Source: an uncultured Verrucomicrobiae bacterium (GTDB lineage Bacteria > Verrucomicrobiota > Verrucomicrobiia > Limisphaerales > Palsa-1400). Taken from it: DNA of 64,000 nt. Each line of letters starts with the position of its first letter. Positions within the stretch are counted from its first letter, which is position 1. The notes beneath the pieces are model-generated. The model was not told where the DNA came from. It ran no database searches and saw only the letters and a program-made list of their open reading frames with translations. The translations under genes were made by a program, and so were the position numbers. The stretch covers positions 192,001 to 256,000 of the forward strand of contig CAVXRD010000004.1 in the NCBI GenBank assembly GCA_963764165.1, read 5' to 3'. This document shows positions 18,863 through 29,497 of the stretch, in pieces.

Positions 18863-20347
18863 TTATCTTTTTGCGGGGGGTAGAATGCTGGCGGCCAGCC
18901 GTCCAATCCAGACGCGCGGCGCGGCCTGTTTCCATTCGACACCCGTTAGTTCAGGTGGCGCGGATCTCGTGAGAGCCAGGCGATCCTGCGGGCGCAACTT
19001 CTTGACCCATGGCTCGTAGTCCGCCGGGTTCCCATCGGAAGCATGCACGGCGCGATAAATTTTCAGATCGTCCTTGGGCATCAGCGCCGGCTCAAAGCCA
19101 GCCATATAGCGCCAGTCCGCGTGAGGATTCTTGTAAAATGTGTTGTAAAAGAATTGCATGTTATCGTTGTAAAAGATTCCACCCGGCCCCGGCATCCACT
19201 CTTTCAATTTTGGATCGGTTCCGTCGACAAACGGTTCAACCAGCGTCAGGGAATAACGGCGGTCCATGTCGTTGGTCATATCCAAATAAAGCGGCAAAAC
19301 GATGCAACCGCAAGCGATCAGCCGGCGCAAGGGCGCGCCGTCCCACAATTTAAAGGAGGCGTTGTCGAATTCCCCGGCCATCCATACCAGCGCGGCGGGC
19401 ATTCCCCAATCGGCCCAAAATCGATCGGCGGAAAATCCCAATATCCAGTTGATGAGGATCATCCAGAAAACCGGCTGGACGGAAAGCGGGCGCGCCGAAC
19501 TGGCCTGCCGCTGCCGCCAGAGATAAACGAGAACCAGCATGGCGACGGTGCCGTATTCTCCGATGCTTGGCTGAAATTCGCCCACCAGCATGTATTTCGG
19601 GGCGTGCTCCTCGTAGACACACTTTGCCATGAAGATGGCGCCATAAAGAAACTTAATCGGCTGCCCTGTCAGCAATGCGCCGATGACCACCCCCGCCAGC
19701 CAGCACCCCGCCAGCCACAATCCCGCCATCCACCGTTGCGCGAGAAAAAACGCGACGAAAAGCAGCACCCACAAATACCACGCGCCATGCACCGCCACCG
19801 AGAGCGTGAATCCAAGGCACGTCAAAGCGATTTTCCACCACGGCGGAATTCGCCTTTCCTCTTTTGACCACGAAAACAGGAGCGCCATCATGATGCCCTC
19901 AGTCAATAAATAGGGCCGCCCTTGGACAAACCGGTTAATCAAATCGGGAATCGCAATGGATTGCGCCAGCAGCGCGGCCAGCCACGCCTCCGGATGTTTG
20001 ACCCAAATCAGCGGCAGCCAAAACACGCACAAGGCCATCGCCACAAGCGAAAAACCAAGCAGCGAATCCTCCCCCATCCCCAGCGTTTTGTGGAGCACGC
20101 CCAGGAACCATTCCCATCCAGGGCTGTGATCGACCACGTATTCCGGGCGCATCACGACGATTTCGGAGTAAGGCTTGGCCGCGAAAGGCTTGGCGGCGTG
20201 GCGGCGGGCATCACCCGGCGGCAGGTAGCCCATGCTCAAAACTTTCAGGCAGATAAACACGCCCGTCAACAAGACAGCGATCCAGCAAATCAGGGGGGCA
20301 TATCGCTGAAGAACGGCGTTTTGATTCATTCTTTTAGGCGTTGCCAT
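18863..20347 (-). CDS. Polytopic membrane protein (GT-C-like hypothetical)
   Basis: Many TM segments; D..RH after TM1, RP and HG.W motifs reminiscent of GT-C-fold proteins. Confidence 0.6.
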   Translation of the reverse strand: MATPKRMNQNAVLQRYAPLICWIAVLLTGVFICLKVLSMGYLPPGDARRHAAKPFAAKPYSEIVVMRPEYVVDHSPGWEWFLGVLHKTLGMGEDSLLGFSLVAMALCVFWLPLIWVKHPEAWLAALLAQSIAIPDLINRFVQGRPYLLTEGIMMALLFSWSKEERRIPPWWKIALTCLGFTLSVAVHGAWYLWVLLFVAFFLAQRWMAGLWLAGCWLAGVVIGALLTGQPIKFLYGAIFMAKCVYEEHAPKYMLVGEFQPSIGEYGTVAMLVLVYLWRQRQASSARPLSVQPVFWMILINWILGFSADRFWADWGMPAALVWMAGEFDNASFKLWDGAPLRRLIACGCIVLPLYLDMTNDMDRRYSLTLVEPFVDGTDPKLKEWMPGPGGIFYNDNMQFFYNTFYKNPHADWRYMAGFEPALMPKDDLKIYRAVHASDGNPADYEPWVKKLRPQDRLALTRSAPPELTGVEWKQAAPRVWIGRLAASILPPAKR

Positions 20348-20623
20348 GACGCCGCATCACCAGGGCAAAGGCAAGCCAATTTTCGCTGGGCGCACCGCTT
20401 CCAGCAACCCGTGGATGTTTCATCCGCTTGGTCATTTTTTCAAAATGAACCTTTGTTTACCTATGTTTGCCTTGGTTTGCCTAGGTTTACGCATGCAAAC
20501 GCGCCATCGCGGCTGGCAAAAAACTCAGTCCTGGTTTCCGCTCGGCCCCTGGCCCTCAGTCCTTTCCTCCCAATCTTATCAAATATATACATGGATGCAT
20601 TCTGGCACGGGATTGGAAAACAG

Positions 20624-20707
20624 AAAACCTACCAGAGGTTTTCCAGCACGATTTTTGAAGAAATCTTTCGGAAAATTGAATCTGGAACGCAGGAACGCCG
20701 GAAAAGA
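20624..20707. repeat. Dispersed intergenic repeat
   Basis: AAACCTACCAGAGGTTTTC...AAAATTGAATCTG...GGAAAAGAG; recurs at 35709-35790 and partly at 42825-42858. Confidence 0.7.
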
Positions 20708-20772
20708 GCCTTTTTTCCGTGACAGCCTCCCTGTCGGTGCGTGCCCAATTGCAGTCCCGCCAGGGAAATGAG

Positions 20773-20837
20773 CCACAGACGGACACAGATCAACACAGAC
20801 AAATCAAAAATCTGTGTTGATCTGTGTGATCTGTGGC
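20773..20837. repeat. CACAGAT-type palindromic element
   Basis: CCACAGACGGACACAGATCAACACAGA...TCTGTGTTGATCTGTGTGATCTGTGG; a second copy lies at 42895-42960. Confidence 0.75.
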
Positions 20838-20973
20838 CATCCCTCGATCCTTGGCAACCTCAGCCCCAATTAGAAGAGTTTTAACAGAAGGAAACGAAGG
20901 TCACGAAGGGGGAACAAAATCGTCTGTCTGGTGCAGTTCGCCATTCTTCATGTGCTCTGTTTCCTTCTGTTTG

Positions 20974-23900
20974 TTATTCCGTGAACAGATAACGGAGGTC
21001 GTCCAGGGTGAGGCTTTGGGAGAAGCGCTCCTCGCCGAGGACGTCGTCGGCCAGAGCGGCTTTTTGCTTTTGCAGGGCGCGGATTTTTTGCTCGATGCTT
21101 TCGCGCATCAAAAGCCGGTAAGCCATCACCTTGCTGGTCTGGCCGATGCGGTGCGTGCGGTCAATGGCCTGGTTTTCCACTGCCGGGTTCCACCACGGGT
21201 CGAATAAAACCACATAGGACGCCGCGGTCAGGTTCAATCCAAACCCGCCCGCCTTGAGTGAAATCAAAAACACCGCGCCGCCTTTGTGCGTCTGAAATTT
21301 CTGCACCAGCTCGCCGCGATTTTCCGTTTCGCCGGCCAGATAATAGTGCGGCCACTCGCGCTCGGTCATTTTTTCGCGCAGCAAATCGAGCATCGTGACA
21401 AATTGCGAGAACACCAGCACCTTGTGGCCTTCTTCCATCAGCGGCTCCAGCAAATCCTCCAGCGCGGAAACTTTGGCGCTTTCGGCGTTGCGCAACTTAT
21501 CGTTCACCAGCGCCGGGTGGCAGCAAATCTGCCGCAGCCTCAGCAGCGACGTGAGAATGTTAAACCGCTCCTCGTTGAGCTGCGCGTTCGTTTGGACGCC
21601 GAGGATGAGCAGGCGCGCGCGCTTGAGTTCCGCGTTGTAAAGCGTTTTTTGCTCCCCTTCCATTTCGCAGAGCAAATCCTCCTCGATGCGGTCGGGCAAA
21701 TCCTTTGCCACCTGCCCCTTGGTTCTGCGAAGCAGGAAGGGGCGGACGCGCGCGGCCAGGCGGCGGCGGGCGAGCGGATCGTCCTTCGCGTCAAAGCGGC
21801 GGAGAAAATGCGTGCGATTTCCCAGCGCGCCGGGCATGGCGAAATTAAAAATGCTCCACAAATCGAGCAGCCGGTTTTCAATCGGCGTGCCGGTGAGCGC
21901 AAGGCGATGGCTGGCCTTCAACGCGCGCGCCGCCTGCGTGGTTTGCGAATCGGGATTCTTAATGTATTGCGCCTCATCCAAAATTGCCGCCAGCCATTGC
22001 GCATTGGCAATCGCTGGCGAAAGAGAGCGCAGTTGCGCGTAATTGATCACAATAAGATCGGCGGCTTCGCGCGCGGCGGGAAGTTCGTCGGCAGCTTCCC
22101 CGCGCCACAGGCGGACGCGCAGGCCGGGGCAAAATCTTCCGGCTTCGGCGCGCCAGTTATCCATGACCGATTTTGGGCAAACGACCAGCGACGGGTTGAG
22201 CGCGCAAGGTTCAGACGGAACAGTTTGTTCGCGCAGCCATGCGAGCCAGGCGAGCGTTTGCAGCGTTTTGCCCAGGCCCATGTCGTCGGCCAGCACACCG
22301 CCGAAGCTGTTCGACGTAAGATAGGCCAGAAAGTGAAATCCCTCGGTTTGATACGGTCGCATTTCGGCGCTGATGGCTTGCGGCTGCGCCGGGGAGACGC
22401 GCGTTTTCAATTCGCTCGCGCGGCGCTGGATTTTTTCAACGCGCTCGGGTTCAAGAAACTTTTTCGCCGCATCGTCGGCCAGTTGCAGCGCGTGGAACCG
22501 CTGCGGCTCGGCGGAAAAATCCTTCGCATCGAGGCCAAGCCGCGCGAGCTGCTCGTCGTCCTCCTTCGTGAGGTTGAATTGCAGCCGCCGCCAGCCTTTC
22601 TTGCCGAGCCGCACGTAGCCGCCGCGCGCGTTGAGCAACAGTTTCAACTCGTCTGCCGTGAGCGTGGTGTCGCTAATGTTGAGGGCGACTTTGAGATCGA
22701 ACCAGTCGATTCCCGCTTCGGCGACATCCAGAGAGACACTGCCGGTGATCGGCTCGTCGCGCAGCGTGGCCAATTCCTTGTCCAGCAGCACTTCAATTTC
22801 CGGCGGCAGAGATTTGAGCCACGGCACGAATATTTCGGGAGTTTTTTTGGTAAGCCGCAGCCTCCAATCGCCAGTGTAATCCTGCCACTTCAATCCCAGC
22901 GGGTCGATCCTTCGCGGAAAATGCGTTTGCGGCGTGCGGTCATGCACCACGATCGTGCCATCGCCGCTTTGGCCGGGCGAATGGGATTTGGTGGAGTAAA
23001 CGGACGGAACCCCATGGCCATGAGATTCCGTCGACCATCCGTGCGGCGTGAATCTTTCCTTTGGCAAGCCGGGCGCAGTGGAAGTCACGGTGACGACAAT
23101 GTCCTCGGTCCCGCTGCTGGAAAAAGCCGGCTTGACCATGCACGAGATCATCACGGCAACAGGAATCGTGCGAATGCGCTGGCTCAAATGTTCCGGGAGC
23201 GGGACGTCGGTGGCGCGCAGGAAGCGAAGGCCGTGGGGGGTTTCGAGAGCGGGCGCGGGAATCTTCTTGCGCAACTCGGGCCCCAGAACATCGGCAGGCG
23301 GGCCGGGAAAAAGGCCCCGGCTTGTCAAATACAGCGCCGGACGTCCGGACAGCGAGCAATAAATTTTTGGCGGCGGCGAGCCGTCCGCCGTGACAAGGGA
23401 AAGATCATAATCGGCGCCGCCGTCGGACGGAGGGCGCAACTGAATCTTCAGCGGATCAGATTGACGAACCAGCGGCTGGCCGCCGGCATCCACGACACGA
23501 TCGGGAGCGAGCGGCATTCGCAGCAAACGATTGAGCGCCGGGCGCGCGGTGGAATCCGCGTATCTGAGCGAGCCCCAGCTTTCATAGCTCCACGGTTTGT
23601 AAGTGGCGCTCCACAGTGGAAGCGATTCGGGGGCGATGACCAGGCCGGCGCGCTCGAATTGCTCGGAGAGCCTTTTGCCGTGGGTTTGTTTCATCTCGGC
23701 GTAAGGGGTATTTGGCTCAAGACGCCATTGCAGCCGGGCTTCGGTCTCGTAAACAGCCAGGCGCAATTCCAGCACGCCAGGGTCGGACGTGCCCACGCCA
23801 TGATCGAATTCATGAAACCACTGGTTCCATTTTTTGATTTCCTTTCCGCGCTCCCAATTGCTCATTTCCTTTTCAATGATGGAGAAGTCCGTGATGCCGT

Positions 23901-24588
23901 TCATGAACGCAGGCCACGGCATGTCGCGGCGGCGCAATTCCCATGCGACATAAAGCCAGAACTCGAAATCATCCCTGGGGAAATCAAGCCAAAGCTCGAT
24001 TTTATTCCAATAATCATGATAATTTGGCGCGACCCGCAAACCGGCCAGTTCACTCAAGTCCCCTCCGGTCACAGCTCCCCGCTCGGCTTGAGCGTAATGC
24101 CGTTGCACGGTCCGAATGAAGCTGGCTTCGTCGCGAGTGAGCGCGCGCCCGAGGCTCCCCGCAAGCTTGCTGGCGAGCGGCGAAGGCGGAGGCTGCGGCG
24201 CGATTGGCTCCCTGGCCGGCGGGCCAAAACTCTTCACTTTTTTCCCGGGCGCATTTGCCTCAGCCGCAGCAGCGACGGTAGCCTGTCTTTGCAATTCCAT
24301 CATGGCGGCAACAATGTGTTTGCACTCCAGCACATCCGAGCAGCCACAATCGCCATCCCATTCGCCCTTAATATATTCCAGCCCCACCTCGTAATCCGTG
24401 CCCCCGATCACTATCGCGGTGTAAAGGCAATCCGGCACCTCGCACTTTAATTCCACCACATCGCCGCGCGCGAAATAGCCGTGGCCGCGCTTGAGCGTCT
24501 TGGGTGGGATGGCATCGAGAAAACGATCAATCGCTTCCAGCAAATCTTTCCGCAACTTCATTGGCCAATAAAATGGAGAATCCAGCAC
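20974..24588 (-). CDS. SWIM zinc finger plus SNF2-family helicase
   Basis: CGC...CKH (SWIM), LADDMGLGKT, DEAQ, TGTPIEN, DPWWNPAVENQA.DR.HRIGQ; start may be at 24561. Confidence 0.93.
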   Translation of the reverse strand: MLDSPFYWPMKLRKDLLEAIDRFLDAIPPKTLKRGHGYFARGDVVELKCEVPDCLYTAIVIGGTDYEVGLEYIKGEWDGDCGCSDVLECKHIVAAMMELQRQATVAAAAEANAPGKKVKSFGPPAREPIAPQPPPSPLASKLAGSLGRALTRDEASFIRTVQRHYAQAERGAVTGGDLSELAGLRVAPNYHDYWNKIELWLDFPRDDFEFWLYVAWELRRRDMPWPAFMNGITDFSIIEKEMSNWERGKEIKKWNQWFHEFDHGVGTSDPGVLELRLAVYETEARLQWRLEPNTPYAEMKQTHGKRLSEQFERAGLVIAPESLPLWSATYKPWSYESWGSLRYADSTARPALNRLLRMPLAPDRVVDAGGQPLVRQSDPLKIQLRPPSDGGADYDLSLVTADGSPPPKIYCSLSGRPALYLTSRGLFPGPPADVLGPELRKKIPAPALETPHGLRFLRATDVPLPEHLSQRIRTIPVAVMISCMVKPAFSSSGTEDIVVTVTSTAPGLPKERFTPHGWSTESHGHGVPSVYSTKSHSPGQSGDGTIVVHDRTPQTHFPRRIDPLGLKWQDYTGDWRLRLTKKTPEIFVPWLKSLPPEIEVLLDKELATLRDEPITGSVSLDVAEAGIDWFDLKVALNISDTTLTADELKLLLNARGGYVRLGKKGWRRLQFNLTKEDDEQLARLGLDAKDFSAEPQRFHALQLADDAAKKFLEPERVEKIQRRASELKTRVSPAQPQAISAEMRPYQTEGFHFLAYLTSNSFGGVLADDMGLGKTLQTLAWLAWLREQTVPSEPCALNPSLVVCPKSVMDNWRAEAGRFCPGLRVRLWRGEAADELPAAREAADLIVINYAQLRSLSPAIANAQWLAAILDEAQYIKNPDSQTTQAARALKASHRLALTGTPIENRLLDLWSIFNFAMPGALGNRTHFLRRFDAKDDPLARRRLAARVRPFLLRRTKGQVAKDLPDRIEEDLLCEMEGEQKTLYNAELKRARLLILGVQTNAQLNEERFNILTSLLRLRQICCHPALVNDKLRNAESAKVSALEDLLEPLMEEGHKVLVFSQFVTMLDLLREKMTEREWPHYYLAGETENRGELVQKFQTHKGGAVFLISLKAGGFGLNLTAASYVVLFDPWWNPAVENQAIDRTHRIGQTSKVMAYRLLMRESIEQKIRALQKQKAALADDVLGEERFSQSLTLDDLRYLFTE

Positions 24589-24673
24589 AGTGTGACAAGC
24601 GGCGACTATTCACAATGAATTCACAATTTCCGGCAGGGGTATGGTTAGAGCCGCGGATGGACGCAGCCCTTCA

Positions 24674-24768
24674 AGCGCGGCTGTGTCGAAGACCAGCCGC
24701 GGCGCGTCGCAGCGCCGGGCGCTCCGGTCAATTCCACGTTCCTGCAACTGGTCTTCGACGCAGCCGCG
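24674..24768. repeat. REPIN-like inverted pair (same family as 4542-4723)
   Basis: GCGCGGCTGTGTCGAAGACCAG...CTGGTCTTCGACGCAGCCGCGC. Confidence 0.7.
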
Positions 24769-24852
24769 CCGGTGGATGCGCCCCCGGGTGCATCTGAGTT
24801 TTTGTGAGGGCGGACTTCTGCCAAAAGCTCGGCAGGTCGACAAGTGATCGCT

Positions 24853-25002
24853 CTCACCCCGCCAAGCTTGGCGGGGAGAGAGAAGGAGAGAGGGGCAACT
24901 CATTAATGCTAGGCGAGGCGATGCGCATTGAGGCCGATGGATTTTAGTCGTTTGCTAAGCTCCCCTCTCCCTAACCCTCTCCCCGCTGGGCGGGGCGAGG
25001 GA
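24853..25002. repeat. CCCTCTCCC-type palindromic repeats
   Basis: CTCTCACCCCGCCAAGCTTGGCGGGGAGAGAG and CCCTCTCCCCGCTGGGCGGGGCGAGGG. Confidence 0.6.
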
Positions 25003-25176
25003 ATCCGCGTTTCGTCGGCAAGGGATTGCCAAAAAGTGAGATGCGCCCTGCGCCCCCCAGAATTCCACTTGCAACTTTTTCCGCGCGGCGGGTTAATACA
25101 TGGGACGTGTTGAGCAACGGCAAAGATGCCGATTGCCAGGATCTCGTGTATAGTTACGGACAAGCAGCTCGGATTT

Positions 25177-26460
25177 ATGGCCCAATTTCAATACAAGGCG
25201 CGCCGCCGCGATGGCCAAACGGTCACCGGCATTTTGGAAGTCGCCGATCGCGGCGCGGCGCTCATGCAAATTGAGCGGCTCGGATTGTTTCCGCTGGCTG
25301 TGGAAATGCCCAAAGGCAGCGCCGCGGCGGCAGCGGCGGACAAGCCGAATGCACGGTCCGGCTCGTGGACGCAATTTCTTCCCGCCAGCCTCCGCCATTA
25401 TTTCGTCCGCCAGCGGAAGCCCAAATTGCAGGAATTGGCCACCTTCACCAATCAATTGGCCAATCTGATCAAATCCGGCATGCCTCTGACCGTGGCCCTC
25501 AACAGCATGACGCACCTGGAGACCAAGGGCATTCCCGCCGACGTCAGCCGCCAGCTCAAGAACGACGTGACGGAAGGCAAAGGCCTTTCGGAGGCGATGG
25601 CCAAGCAGCCCGTTATTTTTTCAAGCCTCTACGTCAACATGGTAAGAGCCGGCGAGCAAAGCGGCGCTTTGGTGGACGTTCTCCGGCGCATGGGCGAGCA
25701 TTTCGAACGGTTCTCGGAAGTCTCCGCGAAATTTCGCTCGGCCATGATTTACCCGATCTTCGTCTGCTGCGTCGGAATCGCGATCAGTATTTTCTTCATG
25801 ACCGTGATGCTGCCGAGCTTCATCAAATTGTTCCAGGGATTGGGGAACATCCAATTGCCGCTGATGACGCGCATTCTCATCGGCCTGAATGATTTTGTGA
25901 AGACCTGGTATTGGGTCGGGATTCTGCTGGTGGTGGCGTTCGCCATCATCTTCAATCGTTTCCGCGCCAGCCCCGGTGGCCGGCGCACGATTGACCGCTG
26001 GAAGATTTCGGCTCCGATTTTTGGCAAGGTGACGCGGCTCCATCTCTTCGGGCAGTTTTCGCGGGTGCTGGCCACGTTGCTGCACAACGGGGTGCCGGTG
26101 CTCACCTCTTTGGAAATCACCGAGCAGATCATACCCAATATCATCGTCAAGGAGGCGATCGCGAAGGCGCGCCAGGAAGTCACCGACGGCAAGGCATTGG
26201 CCCAGCCGCTCGCGAAAAGCAAAATTTTTCCGCAGCTCATGGTCGATCTTTTGAAGATCGGAGAGGAAACCGGCGACGTCCCCGGCGCGCTCGGGAATCT
26301 GGCGGAAACGTACGAAACGGAATTGCAGCTCGCGCTGCGGGTGATGACCAACATGATCGAGCCGGTCATCATTTGCGTGATGGCGCTCGGCGTCGGGTTT
26401 TTGCTGGTCAGCATTTTGTCCGCGCTGTTCGCGATCACATCCAGCATTTCGGCCCGATAA
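25177..26460 (+). CDS. gspF: Type II secretion/T4P platform protein GspF/PilC
   Basis: F.YKA N-terminus, QLANLIKSGMPL, AGEQSGAL, AMIYP, GEETG, IEP. Confidence 0.92.
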   Translation: MAQFQYKARRRDGQTVTGILEVADRGAALMQIERLGLFPLAVEMPKGSAAAAAADKPNARSGSWTQFLPASLRHYFVRQRKPKLQELATFTNQLANLIKSGMPLTVALNSMTHLETKGIPADVSRQLKNDVTEGKGLSEAMAKQPVIFSSLYVNMVRAGEQSGALVDVLRRMGEHFERFSEVSAKFRSAMIYPIFVCCVGIAISIFFMTVMLPSFIKLFQGLGNIQLPLMTRILIGLNDFVKTWYWVGILLVVAFAIIFNRFRASPGGRRTIDRWKISAPIFGKVTRLHLFGQFSRVLATLLHNGVPVLTSLEITEQIIPNIIVKEAIAKARQEVTDGKALAQPLAKSKIFPQLMVDLLKIGEETGDVPGALGNLAETYETELQLALRVMTNMIEPVIICVMALGVGFLLVSILSALFAITSSISAR

Positions 26461-26464
26461 CGAC

Positions 26465-26983
26465 ATGATCGCTCCCATCCATTCCCATGTTTCCCCTCCG
26501 CTTCGCGGAAAAGGAGGGGATTGGCGCCCTGGCAAGAACGGTCGCATCGAGGGCTTCACCCTGATTGAGATCATGATGGTCGTGGCCATTCTCGGACTCA
26601 CCTTGACGATGGGTGTGCCCGCCTTGTGGAAAACGATTCGCCGAGAGGGCATGGGAAAAGTCGAAGCGGACTTGATCAAGGGCTGCCAGGAAGCCAGGCG
26701 CTCGGCGATTATGGACAATAAGGACGCTTTCCTGGTCATCCGCCCGCATGATCGCACGATCATGGTGGGATCGGAAGCGTCCATCATTCCGGACAATGTG
26801 ATTATTGACTCACTCGGTGTTAATTTTGTCGAACTGCGCGATGCCGATGAGGCGAGAGTCAAATTCACGCCGCAAGCCAGGAGCGATGAGTTCACAATAT
26901 TGATGCATGGTGTCGATGGAAGGTATCGCAAGATTTCCCTCGATACGGTGACGGCGCTGGTTCAAGTGGAGAATATAAATTGA
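26465..26983 (+). CDS. Pseudopilin, GspH-like
   Basis: G|FTLIEIMMVVAI prepilin motif; follows gspF. Confidence 0.75.
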   Translation: MIAPIHSHVSPPLRGKGGDWRPGKNGRIEGFTLIEIMMVVAILGLTLTMGVPALWKTIRREGMGKVEADLIKGCQEARRSAIMDNKDAFLVIRPHDRTIMVGSEASIIPDNVIIDSLGVNFVELRDADEARVKFTPQARSDEFTILMHGVDGRYRKISLDTVTALVQVENIN

Positions 26984-27504
26984 ACATCAAGCGCGAAACA
27001 GCAGCGAATCTTGGCGGGGCAAAGCTCCAGCCGGGCCTTTCCACCAAAGAGGACTCGGCAGGAGCCTCGCCCTGCCTCGCTTGCCGCCTTGCGGAGCGCG
27101 CCGTCGAAACCGCCGCTTTCACGCTCATCGAGGTGATGATTGCCATCACCATTTTTTTCATGTCCATGTTCGCGCTGCTTGGCGTGTTGAGCGCGGGCAT
27201 CCATGCCGCAAGCATCCTGCGCAGCAGCGGGCCGACCGCGGGGATGGTGGCGAGTTATTTTGCTGTCAGCAATAAAATCGAGGAGGGAAGTTTCGATGGC
27301 GATTTCAGTGACATCGCCGGGTATCAAAATTATCGCTGGAAGGCCGAGGCAAGGCTGATCACGAACGATCTATATAAAATGGACTTCGTGGTGCTTGACC
27401 CCAACAATCAACAGAGTTCGTTTCTCAACGACGTGAAGTTCTACAAGCCCGGCTCCAGCCAGGGCACAAAGCTGGGCTTGCAGCCGCAGCCAGGGCAGCA
27501 TTGA
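26980..27504 (+). CDS. Pseudopilin, GspI-like
   Basis: A|FTLIEVMIA and YRW motif. Confidence 0.75.
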   Translation: MNIKRETAANLGGAKLQPGLSTKEDSAGASPCLACRLAERAVETAAFTLIEVMIAITIFFMSMFALLGVLSAGIHAASILRSSGPTAGMVASYFAVSNKIEEGSFDGDFSDIAGYQNYRWKAEARLITNDLYKMDFVVLDPNNQQSSFLNDVKFYKPGSSQGTKLGLQPQPGQH

Positions 27505-27508
27505 CGAC

Positions 27509-28168
27509 ATGAAAACGCCACTCAAAATACGTCGAGACACGCTGGCGTTCACGCTGCTGGAGATCTGCATTTCCATTACAGTTTTCACTTTTATCTTGAT
27601 CAGCATTCTCGGCATCTGGAAATGCATCATCAAGGGCAAGATGATCGCGGAGGACGCCGCCGCCGCGGCGCAGCGCGCGCGGGTGGGAATGAGCACCGTG
27701 GTTGAAGCGCTGACCTGCACGGAGCTGGACGCGCGGAATCTGCAGTTCTACGAATTTGACACCGATACGAGCGGAAAATTTGCGGCGCTCAGCCTCGCGG
27801 CCCGTTTGCCGGGGGATTTTCCCGGGTCAGGATTGTACGGCGATATCGTGATGCGCCGGGTGACATTCGACATCGAGCGCGACGCCGAAGGAAAGGATAA
27901 CCTCGTGATGAAACAATCGCCGCTGCTGGCGGTCGTCGACAATCAACACACGCCCTACGACCTCACTCTGGCGCGGGACGTCAATGTGTTCATGCTGGAA
28001 TTCTGGAGCACGCAGGATAACGAATGGGAGGTTTCCTGGGAATCGACCAGCAATTTGCCCCCGATGGTTCGTGTGACGCTGGGCTGCGGCCATTCCGCGC
28101 AGCATCCGGACGCGCCCTACACGTTGATTTGCCGCACCGTCGCCCTGCCCGCCGGAGCCCACAATTAA
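27509..28168 (+). CDS. Pseudopilin, GspJ-like
   Basis: A|FTLLE; C-terminal W..SW...LPPMVRVTL. Confidence 0.78.
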   Translation: MKTPLKIRRDTLAFTLLEICISITVFTFILISILGIWKCIIKGKMIAEDAAAAAQRARVGMSTVVEALTCTELDARNLQFYEFDTDTSGKFAALSLAARLPGDFPGSGLYGDIVMRRVTFDIERDAEGKDNLVMKQSPLLAVVDNQHTPYDLTLARDVNVFMLEFWSTQDNEWEVSWESTSNLPPMVRVTLGCGHSAQHPDAPYTLICRTVALPAGAHN

Positions 28169-29359
28169 GTGAAAATTCGCATTTCCAAAGCATCGCCGCC
28201 CTCGGGATTCGCGTTGATCCTGGTCATGTGCGTCGTCATCGCGCTGACGGCCGTGGTCGGTTCATTCGCCATTTCGATGAACACAGAAATCCGCCTCGCG
28301 CGCAACAGCGATTATGACGACAAGACGGAGTGGATGGGACGCAGCGGCATCGAGGAAGCCCGCTGCCTGCTGGCCAACAAATCCCCCGAGCAGAGATCCG
28401 TCGACGCGCTGAATCAATATTGGGCGCACGGCAGCAACATCGGCAGCAACGATTTGTCCATGATTATTCCGCTCGACAACGAGCCGATGGGCGAAGGCAC
28501 GCGCACCCTGGTCATCGAGGACATGGAGCGGAAATGGTGCATCAACAACGTGGCCGGGGTTTTCGGCCAGCCCCAGCGGGATATCTTGCAACGGGCGCTG
28601 CAAGTGGTTGGCGTCACCGACACCGGCCTCGCCGCCACGATTGAAGATTCGATCATCGATTGGGTTCGCCCGAACACGGGCACGCAGAATGCCGCGGGCG
28701 CCAACAGCGATTATTACATGCACTTGGAGACGCCGTATTATTGCAAGGCCGGCCAGATTGACGATCTTTCCGAATTGCTGCTCATCAAGGGCATGACGCC
28801 GGATATTTATTGGGGCTCGAATTCCACCAATCATCCTGTTTCCGCCTATCAGCAGCATGGCGGCGGCGCTTTCGGCCAGCCGATTGTTGGACACGGCGGC
28901 TTCGGCGGCAATAAGGATCAGCCAGAGTATCCATACGGATTGGTGCAATTGTTCTCGCCGCTCGGGGGCAAGCTGAACATCAACACCGCCTCGGTGCTGA
29001 CGTTGCAGATGATACCCGGCATGGACGAAGCGACCGCCGCGCGCATCATCCAGCAGCGCGCCGGCCCCGATGGCGTCGATGGCACCGATGACGATGTTCC
29101 GTTTATGAACATCGGCGAAATCAACGGCGGATTGCCCGGTGGCGGCGGTGCGGCGCCTGGCAACGTCGGAGTGAAGGGCGGGCCGGCGGCGGGAATCGCG
29201 GCACAGGGGATGAACGCTTACATCGATGTCCGCAGCTACGTTTTCAAAGTGCGTGTCGACACGGAAATCAACGGCTACAAGCGCAGCTATTATGGCATCG
29301 TCAGCCGCCAGGGCAGCAACGCGCAGAAATTGAACTGCGTTAAGTTTTATTGGGAGTGA
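28169..29359 (+). CDS. gspK: Pseudopilin GspK
   Basis: G|FALIL lacking E5, IIDW, SELLLIKG, KLNINTA (HhH). Confidence 0.85.
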   Translation: MKIRISKASPPSGFALILVMCVVIALTAVVGSFAISMNTEIRLARNSDYDDKTEWMGRSGIEEARCLLANKSPEQRSVDALNQYWAHGSNIGSNDLSMIIPLDNEPMGEGTRTLVIEDMERKWCINNVAGVFGQPQRDILQRALQVVGVTDTGLAATIEDSIIDWVRPNTGTQNAAGANSDYYMHLETPYYCKAGQIDDLSELLLIKGMTPDIYWGSNSTNHPVSAYQQHGGGAFGQPIVGHGGFGGNKDQPEYPYGLVQLFSPLGGKLNINTASVLTLQMIPGMDEATAARIIQQRAGPDGVDGTDDDVPFMNIGEINGGLPGGGGAAPGNVGVKGGPAAGIAAQGMNAYIDVRSYVFKVRVDTEINGYKRSYYGIVSRQGSNAQKLNCVKFYWE

Positions 29360-29441
29360 AGGTACGGACGCCTCGCCGAGGCGTCCGGGGTTGCGTGCGA
29401 ACGAAGCCTGCCGCCGGACGCCTCGGCGAGGCGTTGCTACC
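29360..29441. repeat. REP doublet
   Basis: GGTACGGACGCCTCGCCGAGGCGTCCG...CGGACGCCTCGGCGAGGCGTTGCTACC. Confidence 0.7.
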
Positions 29442-29497
29442 TTTTCTGGGCGACGAAACGCTTGCTCTCGACCGGCCTCTCTCGCAGGATTATCTGC

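Noticed and set aside
21286..24450. 1054-aa plus-strand ORF
   Set aside because: Antisense shadow of the SNF2 helicase.
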